Positions 61,045-64,000 of a stretch of DNA of 64,000 bases are shown piece by piece. A program made the position numbers and the translations under genes. Positions within the stretch are counted from its first letter, which is position 1; each line of letters starts with the position of its first letter. Source of the DNA: an uncultured Candidatus Saccharibacteria bacterium (lineage in GTDB: Bacteria > Patescibacteriota > Minisyncoccia > Phycocordibacterales > PALSA-1337); assembly GCA_964600255.1 (NCBI GenBank), contig CAZRIX010000001.1, positions 118,542 to 182,541 of the forward strand, in the 5' to 3' direction. Under the pieces are notes generated by a model. It saw only the letters and a list, made by a program, of their open reading frames with translations, was not told the DNA's origin and did no database searches.

Positions 61045-61092
61045 TGCGGAACCGGAGGGATTCGAGCCCTCGTGACCTTTAGAGGGGCTCCA
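61045..61092 (-). pseudogene. Partial tRNA-Ser(GCU) copy (3' ~45 nt: acceptor 3' strand, T-arm and part of variable arm), att-like direct repeat
   Basis: TGCGGAACCGGAGGGATTCGAGCCCTCG matches the 3' end of the tRNA at 62403-62490 (TGCGGAACCGGAGGGATTCGAACCCTCG). No 5' half is present. Confidence 0.6.
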
Positions 61093-61241
61093 GGTACTTT
61101 TATCGCTTTTTCGTGAGGCACTCGGATCAACTTTATTCTAGTAAGGCAGTAATTTCTTTTTTTGTCATAACTTCAACATCGTTAAACATGTGAAGTATAT
61201 CGCCACTAAGTCCATAATGTAATCTTGTTGAGTTTGTGACT

Positions 61242-61781
61242 TCAATTGCCTTTACAAATAAGTCTTGAATCATGTTGGGAGTTAGTCCTATTTTTTTCAT
61301 AAAAAAAATCTATATCTCTTAAAGTTTCAACTTCAGAATGCATTAGAATCTTATCACGAACATCCTTTAATTTATTTAGTGTGTCCTCAAATCCAGCAAA
61401 CTGAATATCTAATAAGTAGTAGATAGACAAAACATCAGGAAACCTACCATTTTGTTTTTCAAAAGTTTTCGCGAGTCCTGACATACAGCTCTTTAAAAAA
61501 GATGTTCTGGTTGTTAACCAGAAAGTTTTATTTTTAACATCCTCATTATTTCTAAATGATTCTGTTATAAAATACCAGTAGCTAAACTCTCTATATGAAC
61601 TTAGTAAGTTCCCAACAAAAATGTCAAAATCTTTATTTTCCTGTTTTCTCATTTGTAAGTACCTTAAAGACCAAACTAAAATAGTCATCCAAATCAAAGC
61701 GTCTTTCAGGAAATTGGTCATTGATAGACCTAATAAAATGCCAAAGGATAAAATCCTTTTCCCATTCAGATAACTTACCAT
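61242..61781 (-). CDS. Hypothetical protein (islet cargo), possibly the 3' part of a frameshifted gene
   Basis: Overlaps the upstream ORF by 149 nt in a different frame. Confidence 0.35.
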   Translation of the reverse strand: MVSYLNGKRILSFGILLGLSMTNFLKDALIWMTILVWSLRYLQMRKQENKDFDIFVGNLLSSYREFSYWYFITESFRNNEDVKNKTFWLTTRTSFLKSCMSGLAKTFEKQNGRFPDVLSIYYLLDIQFAGFEDTLNKLKDVRDKILMHSEVETLRDIDFFYEKNRTNSQHDSRLICKGN

Positions 61782-62187
61782 TATTAATCATTGAATCTAG
61801 TTTACTATCCCAATTACTTAGTTCTTTTGATATATCTTCCTTTACCCTTTGCATCTGTTCCCTTCTAATTAGGCCCTTCTCTGCCTTAATTTTGTCGTTC
61901 ATGATTTTATAGCGTCCCAAATAAATGCAATAGGCGAGATCATTCCGATTAGTAGAAGAATTGTGCTCTATATTTTCATTTACGCTCCGAGTTACAAAAT
62001 CTCTAATCTCCTCTTTCATTTCCTCTGACACCTTAAAATAAAGATTAGGGAAAAGTTGTCCAATTTTTTCCTCACTTTTCTCGGAAAGTTTTAATTCTAT
62101 TTCGTACTTTTTACCACTATTTAGTTTTACTAGTTGATACGCAATAAAAGCCAAAACTCCAATAATTATTATAAATGCCCAATTCAT
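61633..62187 (-). CDS. Hypothetical protein with N-terminal TM anchor (islet cargo)
   Basis: MNWAFIIIIGVLAFIAYQLV anchor then a Lys/Glu-rich soluble region. No motifs. Confidence 0.4.
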   Translation of the reverse strand: MNWAFIIIIGVLAFIAYQLVKLNSGKKYEIELKLSEKSEEKIGQLFPNLYFKVSEEMKEEIRDFVTRSVNENIEHNSSTNRNDLAYCIYLGRYKIMNDKIKAEKGLIRREQMQRVKEDISKELSNWDSKLDSMINNGKLSEWEKDFILWHFIRSINDQFPERRFDLDDYFSLVFKVLTNEKTGK

Positions 62188-62250
62188 ACTTTAATTATAA
62201 CCTGAACTTGGTAATTCATGTACTCGGGTCGCTTTTATGTCGTCCTACTT

Positions 62251-62347
62251 TGCGGAAACGGAGGGATTCGGTCACGAGTCCTCGCCTGCTGGCTCGGCTC
62301 TCGACCCCGCCTCGGACACCTTCGTGTCCTCCGGCTTTCTCATCTCC
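62251..62347 (-). ncRNA. GC-rich conserved element A with tRNA-Ser 3'-end mimic tail (paralogue of element B)
   Basis: The minus strand reads GGAGATGAGAAAGCCGGAGGACACGAAGGTGTCCGAGGCGGGGTCGAGAGCCGAGCCAGCAGGCGAGGACTCGTGACCGAATCCCTCCGTTTCCGCA. It is separated from the tRNA by the hairpin GTTGACC-TCG-GTCAAC. Confidence 0.45.
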
Positions 62348-62402
62348 ACACTTCCACAATATGCTCGATTCAGTTGACCGAGGTCAACTTCATCGATCAT
62401 TG

Positions 62403-62490
62403 CGGAACCGGAGGGATTCGAACCCTCGAGGCCTTTAAAGGGCCTGCCTCTTTAGCAAAGAGGTATGTTAGACCACTCCACCACGGTTCC
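62403..62490 (-). tRNA. tRNA-Ser (anticodon GCU), class II
   Basis: Manual fold: acceptor GGAACCG/CGGTTCC, anticodon arm CCTCT-TTGCTAA-AGAGG, long variable arm GGCC-CTTTAAA-GGCC, T-arm GAGGG-TTCGAAT-CCCTC, discriminator G. CCA not encoded. Confidence 0.85.
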
Positions 62491-62526
62491 AGTTACTAGA
62501 ACTAGATTATATCGTATAATGTGGAA

Positions 62527-64000
62527 ATGCAATACGAATCGCTGATTACTGACATTTCTAGACTGATTCCACCCCAGAAAGCCGCTTTGAAGAAGTTGGG
62601 ATTAGATACTGTGCGTGATTTGCTTTACCATTTCCCCTCTCGATATGGTGACACCTCAGAAACTCGCAGTATAAACTCTCTAGAGAAGGGTGACGTTGCG
62701 GTAATTTTTGGAAAGATAACTGGCTTAAAAACAAGTAAAGGTTTCAAGACGAAAATAGCAATGGCAGATGCTTGGGTAGAAGATGAAAGCGGTAAGATCC
62801 ATTGCGTATGGTTCAATCAACCCTACTTAGCCAAGATGACACAGGAGGGGGCATTAGTACGTATTGAAGGCAAAATATCACAGAGACGTGTGAAGGTTCG
62901 TGAGAAGAACATCGGAGGAAACATTGCGCAGGATGACGGCGATTCAGCAGAATCGGCCTTGGGCCCGAGCAGGGCAAAAAGCCAGCAGGCTTTTATGCGA
63001 GTTGACGAGGATGTTGCTTCTAACGAACCTTCCGGCGAACTCTACTTCTCCAATCCAAAAATAGAAGTAGTAAACAAACTCCCAACCGGAGTTGGTGATT
63101 CCCTTTTCGGCGACGATGGCAAAGCTCATACACTATACCCAGTATATCCAGAATCACGCGGAATAACTTCAAACTGGATGTATCACAAGATAATGGATAT
63201 ATTCCGTAGTGAAGTCTTGGACAATATCAAAGATCCAATACCAAAAGAAATACTTGAGAAATACAATCTACCATCACTAAAGACTGCCCTGATCTGGATT
63301 CACACTCCAATGAAGCTAGAAGATGCACAAACCGCTAGAAAGAGATTCGCTTTCGAAGAGATCTTTTTTATACAATTAGAAAAACAAATAGCGAGAAAAG
63401 AGTACGAGAAAAACAATACCTATATAATCGATCCATCAGAAAAAAATCTACAAGAATTCATCAAACGTTTCCCCTTCCAAGCAACCGAGGCTCAGCAAAA
63501 GTCTATTGCAACAATCATCAGCAATTTCAAAAGTGGTCAGGCAATGTCACGTCTGCTCGAAGGAGATGTAGGCTCAGGCAAGACCGCAGTCGCAGCATCT
63601 ACGGCATATGCAGTGGTCACAACTACGCCCAAGGACCGCAAATTCGGTAACCTCCAAGTCGCATACATGTGCCCTACTGAAATCCTGGCAACACAACATT
63701 TCGAATCTTTCATACAATATTTCTCATACCTAGGAATTCAAGTTGGATTGATTACAGGAAGTGGTTGTAGGAAATTCCCATCAAAACTCAATCCAAAAGG
63801 TTGGACTGATATTTCACGCACGCAACTATTAAAATGGGTTGAGAATGGCGAAATACCGATCCTCATCGGAACACATGCCCTGATTCAGAAATCAGTAAAA
63901 TTCAAACACCTAGCATATGTAATCATCGATGAACAACATCGCTTTGGTCTCAAGCAACGCGCTTCGCTTGTGCAGAAGAATAAAGACGGAATAAATATGG
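62527..64000 (+). CDS. recG: ATP-dependent DNA helicase RecG (5' part, continues beyond window)
   Basis: One continuous frame from the ATG at 62527 to the window end. Helicase motif I LEGDVGSGKT and motif II IIDEQHRFG are present. It is absent from the ORF track only because no stop is reached. Confidence 0.88.
   Translation, partial: MQYESLITDISRLIPPQKAALKKLGLDTVRDLLYHFPSRYGDTSETRSINSLEKGDVAVIFGKITGLKTSKGFKTKIAMADAWVEDESGKIHCVWFNQPYLAKMTQEGALVRIEGKISQRRVKVREKNIGGNIAQDDGDSAESALGPSRAKSQQAFMRVDEDVASNEPSGELYFSNPKIEVVNKLPTGVGDSLFGDDGKAHTLYPVYPESRGITSNWMYHKIMDIFRSEVLDNIKDPIPKEILEKYNLPSLKTALIWIHTPMKLEDAQTARKRFAFEEIFFIQLEKQIARKEYEKNNTYIIDPSEKNLQEFIKRFPFQATEAQQKSIATIISNFKSGQAMSRLLEGDVGSGKTAVAASTAYAVVTTTPKDRKFGNLQVAYMCPTEILATQHFESFIQYFSYLGIQVGLITGSGCRKFPSKLNPKGWTDISRTQLLKWVENGEIPILIGTHALIQKSVKFKHLAYVIIDEQHRFGLKQRASLVQKNKDGINM

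Noticed and set aside
62175-62499. ORF-track CDS 62175-62438 (+) and 62218-62499 (+), Arg/Pro/Ser-rich
   Set aside because: They overlap element A and tRNA-Ser(GCU). The composition (RPRLGHLRVLRL...) is typical of a mistranslated structured RNA.
53654-62530. Integrase or recombinase gene associated with the tRNA islets
   Set aside because: I looked for one. No ORF in or beside either islet has tyrosine-recombinase (R..H..R..Y) or serine-recombinase features. The neighbours are a FAD oxidase, a beta-helix protein and recG.
62944-63129. ORF 62944-63129 (-)
   Set aside because: It is antisense to a clean, continuous recG reading frame carrying helicase motifs. It is spurious.

Overview
This 64-kb window is AT-rich, densely coded and bacterial. 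It looks like a reduced monoderm genome, plausibly Patescibacteria/CPR-like, but that taxonomic call is an inference only. From 5' to 3' it contains:
(i) Housekeeping genes: RNase J, an MFS transporter, and a convergent enolase / dPGM-type phosphoglycerate mutase pair separated by a 430-nt highly structured spacer.
(ii) A DedA-PAP2 fusion and an OmpR-type response regulator.
(iii) A roughly 29-kb surface-glycan locus, about 9.8-38.9 kb. It holds a Wzy/ligase-like TPR membrane protein, Wzm/Wzt ABC exporter genes, at least 7 SAM methyltransferases, a GT11 fucosyltransferase, GT2/GT4/GT9 transferases, an AsnB amidotransferase and a GtrA/GtrB/GT39-type polyprenol-phosphate glycosylation trio. Sixteen of these genes, plus an upstream VirD4/TraG-like P-loop ATPase with a His-rich tail, form one translationally coupled minus-strand operon.
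(iv) A complete type IV pilus / competence module: two pilins, pilC, pilT, a CheY-like receiver, pilB, pilM/N/O and a divergent comFC.
(v) An 875-aa secreted beta-helix / Ig-like / peptidoglycan-binding surface protein.
(vi) Two tRNA-associated islets, each built from partial copies of the tRNA 3' end and a shared GC-rich element of about 85 nt. One islet holds three small membrane-protein genes, each preceded by a tRNA-3'-end-derived repeat, next to a class II tRNA whose anticodon reads ACU. The other holds 1-2 hypothetical genes beside tRNA-Ser(GCU).
(vii) A FAD-linked oxidase co-transcribed with a sensor histidine kinase, a hypothetical gene plus ung, a PNPOx-like protein, and the 5' part of recG.
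The tRNA-linked repeat/islet architecture and the structured GC-rich elements are the least conventional content of the window.
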